DNA of 64,000 nucleotides, from IMG/VR virus record IMGVR_UViG_3300032242_003148, positions 101,607 through 165,606 of that record; one strand, 5' to 3'. Positions 54,932-64,000 of the stretch are shown here, in pieces. This stretch comes from a virus. The notes below the pieces were generated by a model, which searched no databases, had not been told where the DNA came from, and saw only the letters and a list, made by a program, of their open reading frames with translations. Positions within the stretch are counted from its first letter, which is position 1; every line of letters begins with the position of its first letter. The translations under genes were made by a program, and so were the position numbers.

Positions 54932-56002
54932 CTACGCATTTCCTACTTGGTAGTTTTCTACCATTTCGTCTATTGCGTTGTTGAGTTTTTTACTTTGCTC
55001 TAAAGTGGGTATTTGATCGTTAGAAGAATCTAACTTATCTAATATCATTTCTTTAGCATCTTTGGAATACTCCCCGAAGGTATCATAGTGTTTACTCAAT
55101 GGGTCAAGTCCAAGCATAATCATATCTCTAATGATATGTTCTGGTAAATGCCGCAGCAGCTCTTTAATTTCGGGATTTGTTAACTCCAGTGCGTCTATCA
55201 CTTGATATACATATGGAGCTGGTGGCCAAACTGACTGACATTCAATAGACATCGTCAAATTAGACAACCTAGCTTTATAGCTTTTAACATTTTGCCCATT
55301 AGAGCTGGTGTACTCCTCCCAACCACTAAGACTATCCCATACCTGGCGAGCGGTATAATTCTTAAACCTATTCCTCCACCTCCATAGCAAGATACCGCAT
55401 TTACGTGCAGCCTCTTTGCTGTTAGGCTCTACATCAGTCATTAAATACGGCATTAGAGAAGCACCTTCAACCCCTTTGCGAATATTTAACAAATCTATCT
55501 TTAAGTTTTTAAGATCTTCTGTTATGTGTTCAGGAAGAAGACTTATAAGCTTTTTAACTTCGCTTTTTTTAGCCTCCACGCATTTTAGCATCCCTTCTAA
55601 ATATCTAGCCGGTGGCCATCCAGCGTGTCGGCTAGTTTCTAGTGTACGCGAAAGATTAGTTTTTCTATCAGCTTTGCTGCGCACAACACTAAAACCTTTT
55701 TGCAAGGAAGAAGGGTATTCTTCCCAGCTAGGAATTTTATTCCATAGTTCTAGTTCTGTGAGCCCTGCTCTTTCGCGCCACTTTTTAAGCAGCTTTCCGC
55801 ACTCTAGTCTATTAGCATGACTAATATACATATTACTATAATTTGAAGCGGCCGGCTCTTCAATAACCTCGCTTTTAACATCAGAAATTTGAGATAGAAG
55901 ATTTTCAATCTTATGTCCCTCAATTTCTATGTTGCTCTTATGGCTGGCAAAAATATCCAGCAATTTACTCATTACGTCTAACAGTTTATCTATTGTTTGC
56001 AT
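54932..56002 (-). CDS. Protein with tandem-duplicated XRE/HTH-like domain
   Basis: Two copies of CG.LL..WR...W..EEY.S...R..NL...E...WPPA.Y...LPEHI; start ATG 56002. Confidence 0.65.
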   Translation of the reverse strand: MQTIDKLLDVMSKLLDIFASHKSNIEIEGHKIENLLSQISDVKSEVIEEPAASNYSNMYISHANRLECGKLLKKWRERAGLTELELWNKIPSWEEYPSSLQKGFSVVRSKADRKTNLSRTLETSRHAGWPPARYLEGMLKCVEAKKSEVKKLISLLPEHITEDLKNLKIDLLNIRKGVEGASLMPYLMTDVEPNSKEAARKCGILLWRWRNRFKNYTARQVWDSLSGWEEYTSSNGQNVKSYKARLSNLTMSIECQSVWPPAPYVYQVIDALELTNPEIKELLRHLPEHIIRDMIMLGLDPLSKHYDTFGEYSKDAKEMILDKLDSSNDQIPTLEQSKKLNNAIDEMVENYQVGNA

Positions 56003-56167
56003 TTTAATTTTAGTTTTAGTTAACAAAAAATGAACAGGTCCCAAATTAGGGTTGCTCACATAATACTATACCTTAAAAAAAGAGATTATTTGATGGGGGG
56101 TACCCCGTTGCAAAATTGTAATAAAATAGGACTTGCATACCCAGGATTGTTAATATAACTTTTCGGT

Positions 56168-56419
56168 ATGGAAAAAACTTATAGCTACATTATACAAGTA
56201 TATGAGCCAGAAGACGCAGAATGGATAGACTGTGAAGATGGCAAATTTCCGTACACAGCTAAAACCCAACAAAAGAAAATAGATCTAGCCTATGAGCGGC
56301 TCCAAGATTGGGCCTCTAGCGTTCCTGGAGTAGATATAAGGTTAATATCCAGAGAAGAAGAATTAATATCATCTGTTAGCTCAGATCAGGAAGAAGAAGC
56401 AGATGAATCATCAGAATAA
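56168..56419 (+). CDS. Hypothetical acidic protein
   Basis: 83 aa. Confidence 0.55.
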   Translation: MEKTYSYIIQVYEPEDAEWIDCEDGKFPYTAKTQQKKIDLAYERLQDWASSVPGVDIRLISREEELISSVSSDQEEEADESSE

Positions 56420-56600
56420 CAGTCACGATAACTATGATGATGATGAGATTAGCCCTGAAGAACTCAGAGCTCAGCTAGTTAATTCTCTTGAGTACCTTAT
56501 AGCAGAGGGCCTGGTTGTAGAGGTAGGCGGTAATTATCGGTTAAAGACTAAAAAAGAGATAAGAAAAGAACTTAGGGATATAGAAGATGGAAATTTTTAA
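56403..56600 (+). CDS. Hypothetical protein
   Basis: 65 aa. Confidence 0.55.
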   Translation: MNHQNNSHDNYDDDEISPEELRAQLVNSLEYLIAEGLVVEVGGNYRLKTKKEIRKELRDIEDGNF

Positions 56601-56820
56601 CAAAATACTACTAACACTAAACTTCTTGTGGCTTTTCTTTATTTTTCTAGGAGTATTAGCTGCAAATATAATGTTTAATGGGGATGTTAAACTTTGGATG
56701 GATAGTACAAAAAAAGATAGTGTAGGAGTAATTTACTATAAGTTTATGATATACTTTACTCTGGTGCTTTTCTTTAGCATACTATATTGGCCAATTTATT
56801 TGGTTTGGAGATTTATATGA
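56587..56820 (+). CDS. Small two-TM protein
   Basis: 77 aa hydrophobic. Confidence 0.55.
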   Translation: MEIFNKILLTLNFLWLFFIFLGVLAANIMFNGDVKLWMDSTKKDSVGVIYYKFMIYFTLVLFFSILYWPIYLVWRFI

Positions 56821-57230
56821 GAACAGAACCATATAAATTTAGAGCATGGCACCCACAATGGAGAGAGTATATAGAGCTTTCTAATCTCTCATTGGAATAC
56901 AATGGTAGCTGGCATATATCCTCTGATACTAATGGTAAAGTGCACTACCATTGGTTTAATAAGGTTGATGTAAAAATAGAGGAATACACAGGGTTAAAGG
57001 ACAAAACAGACAAAGAAATATACGAGGGAGACGTAATATTCTGTACAGATAGTTTAGAGAAATATGAAGTTAAATTCCATAAAGGAATGTACTGCATATA
57101 CATGCCAAAATCCGATACATATTCACCGCTACATGAATATACTAGCACTAGCTTGGTAGTTGGCTCTCTAGCGAAGAACCCAGAAATACTAACCACAAAA
57201 ACAGAGGAACCCCAAAATGAGCCTAGATGA
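56817..57230 (+). CDS. YopX-family protein
   Basis: KFRAW, YTGLKDK..KEIYEGD, VVG...NPE. Confidence 0.85.
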   Translation: MRTEPYKFRAWHPQWREYIELSNLSLEYNGSWHISSDTNGKVHYHWFNKVDVKIEEYTGLKDKTDKEIYEGDVIFCTDSLEKYEVKFHKGMYCIYMPKSDTYSPLHEYTSTSLVVGSLAKNPEILTTKTEEPQNEPR

Positions 57231-57471
57231 TTACCTAGAAGATCATATGCTCAAGGCAGATGGTTATGATGATTGTGTATTGGGTATTGCTGAACGTGCC
57301 GGTAAATTACCTGTACTAGCCTATTCCACAGACAAGATAATAGACAAACTAGTACAAGACGACGGTATGACCAGGGACGAAGCAGAAGAGTGGTTTAGCT
57401 ATAATATAGTAGACGCCTGGGTAGGTTCAGGCACACCTATCTTTGTTAGACAGATTCAGTTTGAGGATTAA
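57217..57471 (+). CDS. Conserved phage hypothetical protein
   Basis: ADGYDDC.LG...GMT.DEA.EWF.YNI..AW.G..TP.F. Confidence 0.7.
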   Translation: MSLDDYLEDHMLKADGYDDCVLGIAERAGKLPVLAYSTDKIIDKLVQDDGMTRDEAEEWFSYNIVDAWVGSGTPIFVRQIQFED

Positions 57472-60070
57472 TCAAACTGCTGGGCACTATGTGCTTAGGT
57501 GCGTGTATCTTGAACCCTGACTTGATGTGGGTGATGCCTACATATCCACGATTCAGGTGACTATCTACTTTAAATGCCTTTGGGTTCTTCTCTAGCATTT
57601 TTCTGAGCAACTCGTTCTTATGAACATAGTCTTTCTGGTCACTCATTTTTTTAGCTTTTATCAGCTGTGAGAGCTCTATGGACTTGGCTGTTTTGCTAAG
57701 CTTTTCTTTTTTACTTTTTTCATGAGCCAGCCATGCAGCAATAGAGCTTGCGGTTATTCCCGCCCCAGCTAATGCCCCTAAAGCTCCGCGTATGCGCTGG
57801 CGGCGTATATTCTTTTTAGCTATATCAAATATAGCTTTAGGCATAGCTTTTCTGCCTTTATCAATATCTTTATTAACAATTTTCGCTCTATTAAATGCAT
57901 CTACTTTAGATTTGGCTAATGCTTCCTCGTCTTGTAAAAAATCTATAATTTTATTAGGGTCATCTTCAAGATGCAAACCTCCGGGTATACTTGCGGCAAA
58001 TTCTCTATTTCCTCTGTTCCAGTGATCTGTATTAGGCATTGATGCCTCCCCATTAAGCCATGCTTTCCATCTATCCGCTAAAGAATTTGGTGTGTAATTA
58101 CCATATTCGTATCCCCACACAGCAGGTACAACATTACGTCCTCCGCTCTGTAACATACTTTCTGTGAGTGAGCTTGTTCCTGTGGACCCCATGTGCATAT
58201 CCGCAATTCTCTGTAAACCAACAAAAGTTTTATTATCTAACTTACCATGTATTGGAATAACGTGAGGCACATTTGCTAATGCTGCTCTTAATTCTTTGTT
58301 AGCTCCCGCACTAGCAGTGAGCGCAATTATTTTAACATTTTTTATACCTCTACTCTCTAATTCATTAGAGAGTTCAATTGCCCTCTGACCAACAAAGTCC
58401 CCTCTTCCACTTCCTGATACTGTGATTATTTTTTTCCCTCTCAATTCTTTTATTCTGTCTGCTAGACTAGGTTTAGACTTAGCCAAATCATCAAGAATAA
58501 TATCTTTGGGCGTTAAATCTCTAGCGGTCTCTAATGCTTTGTTTAATATTAGTGGTGTGAATGTTTTATTAGTCCTTATTGCATTAACACCTCTATTTTT
58601 CATTCCTTCAAGCTGTGGACTATTTTGTCCATAGTATAAAATATGATCTCCTTTTCCTAAGCCATTAAATGTGCTACCACTCATAGACTGATCTGCACTA
58701 TGAAATAGGTCTGACATTATACCAACACGACTGTAATAAGGCCTAGCATTGCTATGATTGAAAAATTCATTATGTTGGCGTTTACCTGCATTCATTCCAG
58801 GATCATCAAATGGAGCAAAATGCCCCAAACCAGTATCTGCAATTACATTATAATTAGGCTTCATTTGCCTAGGATCAACTATACCAGATTGATTACGTAT
58901 GATTTTACTTAAATTGAATTTGCGTAGGGACGGGTCTTTTGTTTTTGCTTCTTGAAGTAACTCGAATAGCGCATCTCCCGGGTTACTATGACCACCACCA
59001 ATATCCCAGCTGTTATACTCTGGATTCATTTTACCGTACGTAACAGCTATATTCCTGCTTGGGTTTAGCGCTCTTTGTGTGTTATATCCAGTTATACCTG
59101 CCCCTAGTCCAACGCCAGATGCAACACCCAAGTCAACAGCCAAATCATTATCTTCTCCTGTTTTATTTTTTAATTTATCGTAAGCTTGATAGCCTTTAAT
59201 TGCAGATAATGTTGAACCTGCAGCTAAAAGAGGTAAACGTCCTTTTAAAATTTTTTGAAGTATTGTGGGAACTGTTTGGTGATAAGCTCTTGAAGTACCC
59301 AATACTGTGGCTCTATTATTACCAATCATTCTTAGTACAGTTCCAGCTCCCTCTAACGTTTTAGAGTTACTGAGTATTTCTTTTCTAATTTTTTCTGCCG
59401 CTTGGGGTCCGAACTTACTGCTGTAGAGATTGAGTAAATTTTTTAAAAATCCTTCTGTTTCAGGTAAATTGACATTTTTTAAAAACTCGGCGCTTTCTGG
59501 TCCCGCATTATGAAAAGCCTCTTCTATGTGGTGTTTTCTAAGCTCGTTCAGTGAAATATTAGGATCACTATACATTTTGTAGTGATTAATTGCATGGCTA
59601 TTTAAATTATTTTTAATATCTCCTATAACTTGAGGAATTCCTCTTATAGCCTGAAAGAGAGATTTATTCTTTAAATGATATCCGAGATGATCTTTTATTT
59701 TTCCTAATATTGCACCTTGCTGCAAATTTTTCAAATTAATGCTTCCGGAACGAAGCCCTAATACTTTGCTTTGTGTAATTCCTCTAGCTCCATTGATATA
59801 TGTGTCCATAAACCTTTGCGCCTGATCTGGAGTTAATTTGTTTAAACCCCCAACTAAAAGCTGGTCTATTTCTGTTCTATTTTTACCCAATGCGTCATTC
59901 CATATATCAAATTTTTTACTTATATTTTTTACATCATTAAAAAATTTACCTGCGCCTAGAGTTGCTCCACCAGCAATAATAGGGGTACCCAGAGACAAAT
60001 ACGGATTAGATTTTTCCTGTTCTGTATAAATCTGAGGCGTCTGGGGTAAACTGGCAAGTTCTTCTGGCAT
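57446..60070 (-). CDS. Mosaic protein with central GT-B (GT28/MurG-MGDG-synthase-like) domain
   Basis: GGGH, ITVSGSGRG, ADMHMGSTGTSSLTE; modules flanked by Gly-rich helices and KTG/KTA sites. Confidence 0.6.
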   Translation of the reverse strand: MPEELASLPQTPQIYTEQEKSNPYLSLGTPIIAGGATLGAGKFFNDVKNISKKFDIWNDALGKNRTEIDQLLVGGLNKLTPDQAQRFMDTYINGARGITQSKVLGLRSGSINLKNLQQGAILGKIKDHLGYHLKNKSLFQAIRGIPQVIGDIKNNLNSHAINHYKMYSDPNISLNELRKHHIEEAFHNAGPESAEFLKNVNLPETEGFLKNLLNLYSSKFGPQAAEKIRKEILSNSKTLEGAGTVLRMIGNNRATVLGTSRAYHQTVPTILQKILKGRLPLLAAGSTLSAIKGYQAYDKLKNKTGEDNDLAVDLGVASGVGLGAGITGYNTQRALNPSRNIAVTYGKMNPEYNSWDIGGGHSNPGDALFELLQEAKTKDPSLRKFNLSKIIRNQSGIVDPRQMKPNYNVIADTGLGHFAPFDDPGMNAGKRQHNEFFNHSNARPYYSRVGIMSDLFHSADQSMSGSTFNGLGKGDHILYYGQNSPQLEGMKNRGVNAIRTNKTFTPLILNKALETARDLTPKDIILDDLAKSKPSLADRIKELRGKKIITVSGSGRGDFVGQRAIELSNELESRGIKNVKIIALTASAGANKELRAALANVPHVIPIHGKLDNKTFVGLQRIADMHMGSTGTSSLTESMLQSGGRNVVPAVWGYEYGNYTPNSLADRWKAWLNGEASMPNTDHWNRGNREFAASIPGGLHLEDDPNKIIDFLQDEEALAKSKVDAFNRAKIVNKDIDKGRKAMPKAIFDIAKKNIRRQRIRGALGALAGAGITASSIAAWLAHEKSKKEKLSKTAKSIELSQLIKAKKMSDQKDYVHKNELLRKMLEKNPKAFKVDSHLNRGYVGITHIKSGFKIHAPKHIVPSSLINPQTESV

Positions 60071-60114
60071 TTGTTTATTTTAATAGTCTAGATATTTTGA
60101 GCATGCTGGCAAAC

Positions 60115-61788
60115 TTATATTCCGACAGGAGCTAAATTTTTGGCTCGCTCACCTAAAGTATACTCGCCGTCTTGCTTGTCTTGGGCATCTGCTGTTTTAA
60201 TAGGATCGTCCAAACCAAAAGATAACTGGGGAGGATTTTTCAATTTTTCTAGTCTGCTATCTCTATTTGCTACATGAGCTAGCCTTTCAGCTTCTCTTTT
60301 GGCACGGGCTGCACGAACTAGTCCACCTTTACTAGATGCTGCTCTGTGTAACTCAGGATTTTTATAGCGGAGATTGCGATAGTAACTAGAAGCTAATTTA
60401 GCTCCAGAGTCTTTTAATAACCCACTCATGTCCAGCATTCCTTGCTTTTCTTTTTTACCTTTTTTAGCTTTTCTTTTTTTATTGTAATAAGCATTAATTC
60501 CTCCAATACCTGCACCTACGCCGCCAGTAGCAGTCAAATAAGTTAGAAAAGCCGGCAGCATGCTAGCAATATTTTTAGCTTTTAAGTGTCCCGGAAGAGA
60601 TGAGCGCATTATATTAACAGCACCTCTGCGAGAAGCTTCAAACTCAGGCACTAGTATTCCAGCATTAAGTAGTGAGGCTATACCCAATCCCTTTGCGGCC
60701 CCTGTGGCTACGTTTGTATCGTCTTTTGTGGCGCCATATATACCCAAGCCAGAAACAGTTCCAAGAAGGGGTGAAAATTTATGGGTGAGCGGATATAGGT
60801 GTTTTTGCATACCCCCCACAATTCCCTTGTTTTTTGATATATTTGCATGTCCTAACTCATGAGCGATAATTCCTGGCTTGTACATATTCTCATGAGATAC
60901 ATCTACATTACCTATAATTTTATTCCCTTTATCGTCTATATATGGCTTAACATCTATATAGTGGGCATTGTCTGGCCTGCCACTTCCTTTACCAATACCT
61001 AAAAAATTAATATTTTTACCTACCCCAGAATTGTTCAGCAAGTCTTCAACAACATTAGCTTCGGCCTTGGGTATTCCTTTTAAACCAAGCATCATTGCTT
61101 TACCTGATAGATAATTTGCTCCACCTCCAAGTATTCCTCCTATAAGGGATAGCTCTTCTGCCTTTTGTTTATCTCTAAGAATTTTTGCTACAGGATGATT
61201 ATCTTTTTCCTCCTGAGCGGCTATATATTCCTTTACCTGTTGTCGTTTTTGTTCTGGAGATAGCTTACGATAATTTCTAGTCGATAAACGATTAAGACCA
61301 TAAGCAGCACCGCCTCCGGCTAAAATCCCACCTGCCCCATAACCTAATGGTTTTAGTATTTTCATTAGTTTGGATGCACTAGGTGATGTGGTACCATGTC
61401 CAATCATTCCACCTAGCGCCCCACCAAAAAGTCCTCCAACACCACTAACAACCTTATCACCAAAATCTAATTCTTCATTAGACGGAAGATAATTATTAAC
61501 AATTTTTTCTATTTCAGTGTTACTAAGCCTTGGTGGGTTGTTATGTTTTTCCGGGTCAAAATTTAAAAATCCAGGGTATTTTTTATTCTTTTGTTCTTGA
61601 TGCCGCTGGGCACGCAATAAATCTAAAAGTCCGGTTATAGTGTCATTAACATCAGCTTTTTTAACTTTCTTGGGGAGTTTCTCCCCCCTGCTGGATTCAT
61701 TCCACTCATCCACATCAACACCCTGACGCTCAAGCTCTTTGCGATGGATATTAAAGTATGCAGCTTGGGCTTTGGACTTGTATGGCAT
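60115..61788 (-). CDS. Mosaic protein with membrane zinc-metallopeptidase domain
   Basis: MPYKSKAQ N-terminal module; glycine zippers; AHELGHA...EFEASRRG...AFLTY. Confidence 0.65.
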   Translation of the reverse strand: MPYKSKAQAAYFNIHRKELERQGVDVDEWNESSRGEKLPKKVKKADVNDTITGLLDLLRAQRHQEQKNKKYPGFLNFDPEKHNNPPRLSNTEIEKIVNNYLPSNEELDFGDKVVSGVGGLFGGALGGMIGHGTTSPSASKLMKILKPLGYGAGGILAGGGAAYGLNRLSTRNYRKLSPEQKRQQVKEYIAAQEEKDNHPVAKILRDKQKAEELSLIGGILGGGANYLSGKAMMLGLKGIPKAEANVVEDLLNNSGVGKNINFLGIGKGSGRPDNAHYIDVKPYIDDKGNKIIGNVDVSHENMYKPGIIAHELGHANISKNKGIVGGMQKHLYPLTHKFSPLLGTVSGLGIYGATKDDTNVATGAAKGLGIASLLNAGILVPEFEASRRGAVNIMRSSLPGHLKAKNIASMLPAFLTYLTATGGVGAGIGGINAYYNKKRKAKKGKKEKQGMLDMSGLLKDSGAKLASSYYRNLRYKNPELHRAASSKGGLVRAARAKREAERLAHVANRDSRLEKLKNPPQLSFGLDDPIKTADAQDKQDGEYTLGERAKNLAPVGI

Positions 61789-61839
61789 AATTATTGATTA
61801 TACTTGTTCCCCCTGTGAATTTCTATAAATTTCTATAGA

Positions 61840-63096
61840 TTAGGCTGGAATTTGAACAATTTGATCAGCTATAGGACAACCAAGCCCTGTTGCCAGATCA
61901 TACCCAGTATGTGCAGGTTGGCCATTTGATCCCTCAGTAATATCTCTAAAGTATGTAGAGTAATCGGTTCTAGCTAAGCTATATGCTTTTTCGTTGAACG
62001 GTGTTGTACCTGCATTCCCCAGACTGGCGCGTCTAGCTAGAAGCGCTGACATAATTACAGCGCTCACACTAGTCCCCCCAAATACATACCAACCACCTTG
62101 GCTATCACCTATTGGTGTAAAGTAAACTGAAACACCAGTATATGGGTCAGCAACAAGACTCAAATCAGGAGTACTACGGAATAAACTAGTATTAAAATCT
62201 GCCTGATAATCTGGAGCTGGTATATATTCACTAACACCACCACCGCCCCTATCCCAAGCAGTTTCTGATGTAACTGTATTTGAAGACGAATTATAGATCA
62301 AAGATGTTCCTCCCACAGAGACCACACTTGGGGATACTGAAGGATAACTCACAACACCACCCTTGTCACCCGCTGCAGCAACATAGTTCACTCCACGGTG
62401 CGCAAAGTAGTATTCTAATTTAGCCTGTCCTTGTCTCTCCCTGAATACTGTACTATATGGGTCGTAGTCATAACCAGTATTCTCCCAATCATTTGAACCC
62501 CAGCTCATATTAATCACATCTGCTTTAACAAAAATAGCAGCATATCTCACAGCGTTCAAAAGGGTTTCTTGTTGATCATTGCCAGCCACTACAACCACAA
62601 TTTTTGCTCCTGGGGCCATAGCGTGAGCCCATTGTACGTCAAGAGTAGCTTCTTGCGCCCAATCTAATCCCCATGGTATACCGCCCATGGTTTGCGAAGA
62701 ATATACAATTGGCGATTTTACTGGGTAATGATGGATATGAACTGTTGTGGTGGGAATTCCGTAGGCGGCGCAGAAAGTGTTCAAATCTTTTTGAATATTC
62801 GGATTGTTTACTGCAACTATTATCGCGATAGTCTTTCCACGACCATCTCCTATACTTGATATTTTATCAAATCCGTAGGCTTTTGCAATTTGGCTTGGAC
62901 TATAACCTGACCCCGGTAAAGGTATTGGTAGTGCAGGTACGCTTTGTTGCACTGATGAACCAATGGTATTGTTTAAGTTCCCATCATTATAATTATATTT
63001 CCATTTTAAGTGAGGAATAGCTTTTTTAATCTCACCCAAACCAGTTTTTTTTATATAGTCTAAACGAGACTTTTCATTTATATCAGGAATATCCAT
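61840..63096 (-). CDS. S53 (sedolisin/kumamolisin-like) peptidase
   Basis: EATLDVQ..HAMAPGA, AAGD.G, GGTS, DIT.G.NG, GYD..TGLG.P. Confidence 0.88.
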   Translation of the reverse strand: MDIPDINEKSRLDYIKKTGLGEIKKAIPHLKWKYNYNDGNLNNTIGSSVQQSVPALPIPLPGSGYSPSQIAKAYGFDKISSIGDGRGKTIAIIVAVNNPNIQKDLNTFCAAYGIPTTTVHIHHYPVKSPIVYSSQTMGGIPWGLDWAQEATLDVQWAHAMAPGAKIVVVVAGNDQQETLLNAVRYAAIFVKADVINMSWGSNDWENTGYDYDPYSTVFRERQGQAKLEYYFAHRGVNYVAAAGDKGGVVSYPSVSPSVVSVGGTSLIYNSSSNTVTSETAWDRGGGGVSEYIPAPDYQADFNTSLFRSTPDLSLVADPYTGVSVYFTPIGDSQGGWYVFGGTSVSAVIMSALLARRASLGNAGTTPFNEKAYSLARTDYSTYFRDITEGSNGQPAHTGYDLATGLGCPIADQIVQIPA

Positions 63097-63098
63097 TT

Positions 63099-63578
63099 TT
63101 AGAATTCAGGCTGTGTATTATCCACAGCTCTATCATACTTACCAGCTCTGTAGATTTCCATAGCTTTCTCTAGCGCTTTAGGATTTTTTACTAGTTTTGT
63201 AGGGTCTATAGCCCAGTTACGCAATGCATATGCTCTACGGGGGGTGGGCTTTGTTTGAAAAGCATTGCCGCCATGTCTGCTCTTAAAAGCTTTCCACCTT
63301 TTTATCTGGCGCTCATCATCCTCCATTCTACGCCCCTCGCTATATCTCTTATACCATTGTAGCCAACCATGAGGATCTTCCTTATGGTACCAATGAGCCG
63401 GCCATTCTGGTAGGCTAGCTAATCTAGGCGCAGATTTAGGGCCATACACTTCACTATATGCACCCATCTCTTTTAATTGGGTTGGACTATAGTCAGGCTT
63501 GAACTCCTCATGAAGCCCCGCCAGCTTGTTCAGATAATTCTTAATTACTGAGCTAGGAATATTATACTTCCCACTCAT
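63099..63578 (-). CDS. Conserved hypothetical protein (DP.GW.QWY.RY family)
   Basis: F.P..SP...G...DPHGWLQWYKRYSEGRR.EDDERQIKRW, preceded by LNKLA. Confidence 0.7.
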   Translation of the reverse strand: MSGKYNIPSSVIKNYLNKLAGLHEEFKPDYSPTQLKEMGAYSEVYGPKSAPRLASLPEWPAHWYHKEDPHGWLQWYKRYSEGRRMEDDERQIKRWKAFKSRHGGNAFQTKPTPRRAYALRNWAIDPTKLVKNPKALEKAMEIYRAGKYDRAVDNTQPEF

Positions 63579-63700
63579 ATTAAAAATTACTTAGAGATGT
63601 TCAGATAAGTCAGAGTCATGGCGCCCAATGGGAGAACCATGAAATTAACCAATACTAATACGTCAGTGATATTCATAGTATGATGGGTTAGGGGTTAATA

Positions 63701-63985
63701 TTAACTGCAGTTCCACTTTCTCAGCGCTAAAGCTTTACGTGTAGGTTTTCCATGCTCATCTTTCATAGGCCCCTTTACACCGCCCATACGTGCACAGAAT
63801 GAAGCTTTTCTACCTTTTGCTTCACCCTTAGGATTCTTCTGAGTAACAGGAGCTTTTAGATGGCTGCCTGTCTCACGGTTATATTTATCTCTGCCGTGTT
63901 GAGTTAATCCACCTGATGGATTCTTATCTTCTTTGTGCATAACAACATTAGCCTTTGCTAACTTGTTCAATGCCTCTATATACAT
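63701..63985 (-). CDS. DUF6321-like basic phage protein
   Basis: GGLT..GR..YNRETGS.LKAPV...R.ASFCARM...ALRKWNC, preceded by LNKLA. Confidence 0.75.
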   Translation of the reverse strand: MYIEALNKLAKANVVMHKEDKNPSGGLTQHGRDKYNRETGSHLKAPVTQKNPKGEAKGRKASFCARMGGVKGPMKDEHGKPTRKALALRKWNCS

Positions 63986-64000
63986 AGCTAGCTTGTTTAC

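Noticed and set aside
1-64000. Stop-codon reassignment
   Set aside because: Long genes are intact in the standard code, and TAA, TAG and TGA all end genes; only one internal stop was found

Overview
This window is a 64 kb, AT-rich, gene-dense segment of a large tailed dsDNA phage in the standard genetic code, not a cellular chromosome. Bases 1-34 kb hold the virion module: neck/adaptor genes, an HK97-type major capsid protein, a decoration protein, a scaffold, a Zn-insert prohead protease and many Gly-rich putative internal proteins. Embedded in it is a multisubunit RNA polymerase split into four genes on both strands (beta-N, beta-middle, beta-C fused to beta'-N with a GADSDGD active site, and beta'-C), plus a Rep-like HUH endonuclease at the strand switch. 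Bases 34-57 kb hold nucleotide-metabolism and accessory genes (dCMP deaminase, tRNA-Thr, nrdA, nrdB, phoH, ATP-dependent ligase, HNH, SET, methyltransferase), small gene cassettes bounded by stereotyped terminators and GGTATAAT promoters, and a Cys-rich-protein operon. Bases 57-64 kb hold large mosaic proteins with glycosyltransferase and Zn-peptidase domains and an S53 protease. The strongest unexplained signal is a portable N-terminal leader (F..GF.K.A..YG....I.K.A) together with pervasive K-x-A sites in virion proteins. This looks like a capsid-targeting plus protease-maturation code for loading cargo, possibly including the RNA polymerase. All family assignments come from motif recognition by eye; no searches were run.
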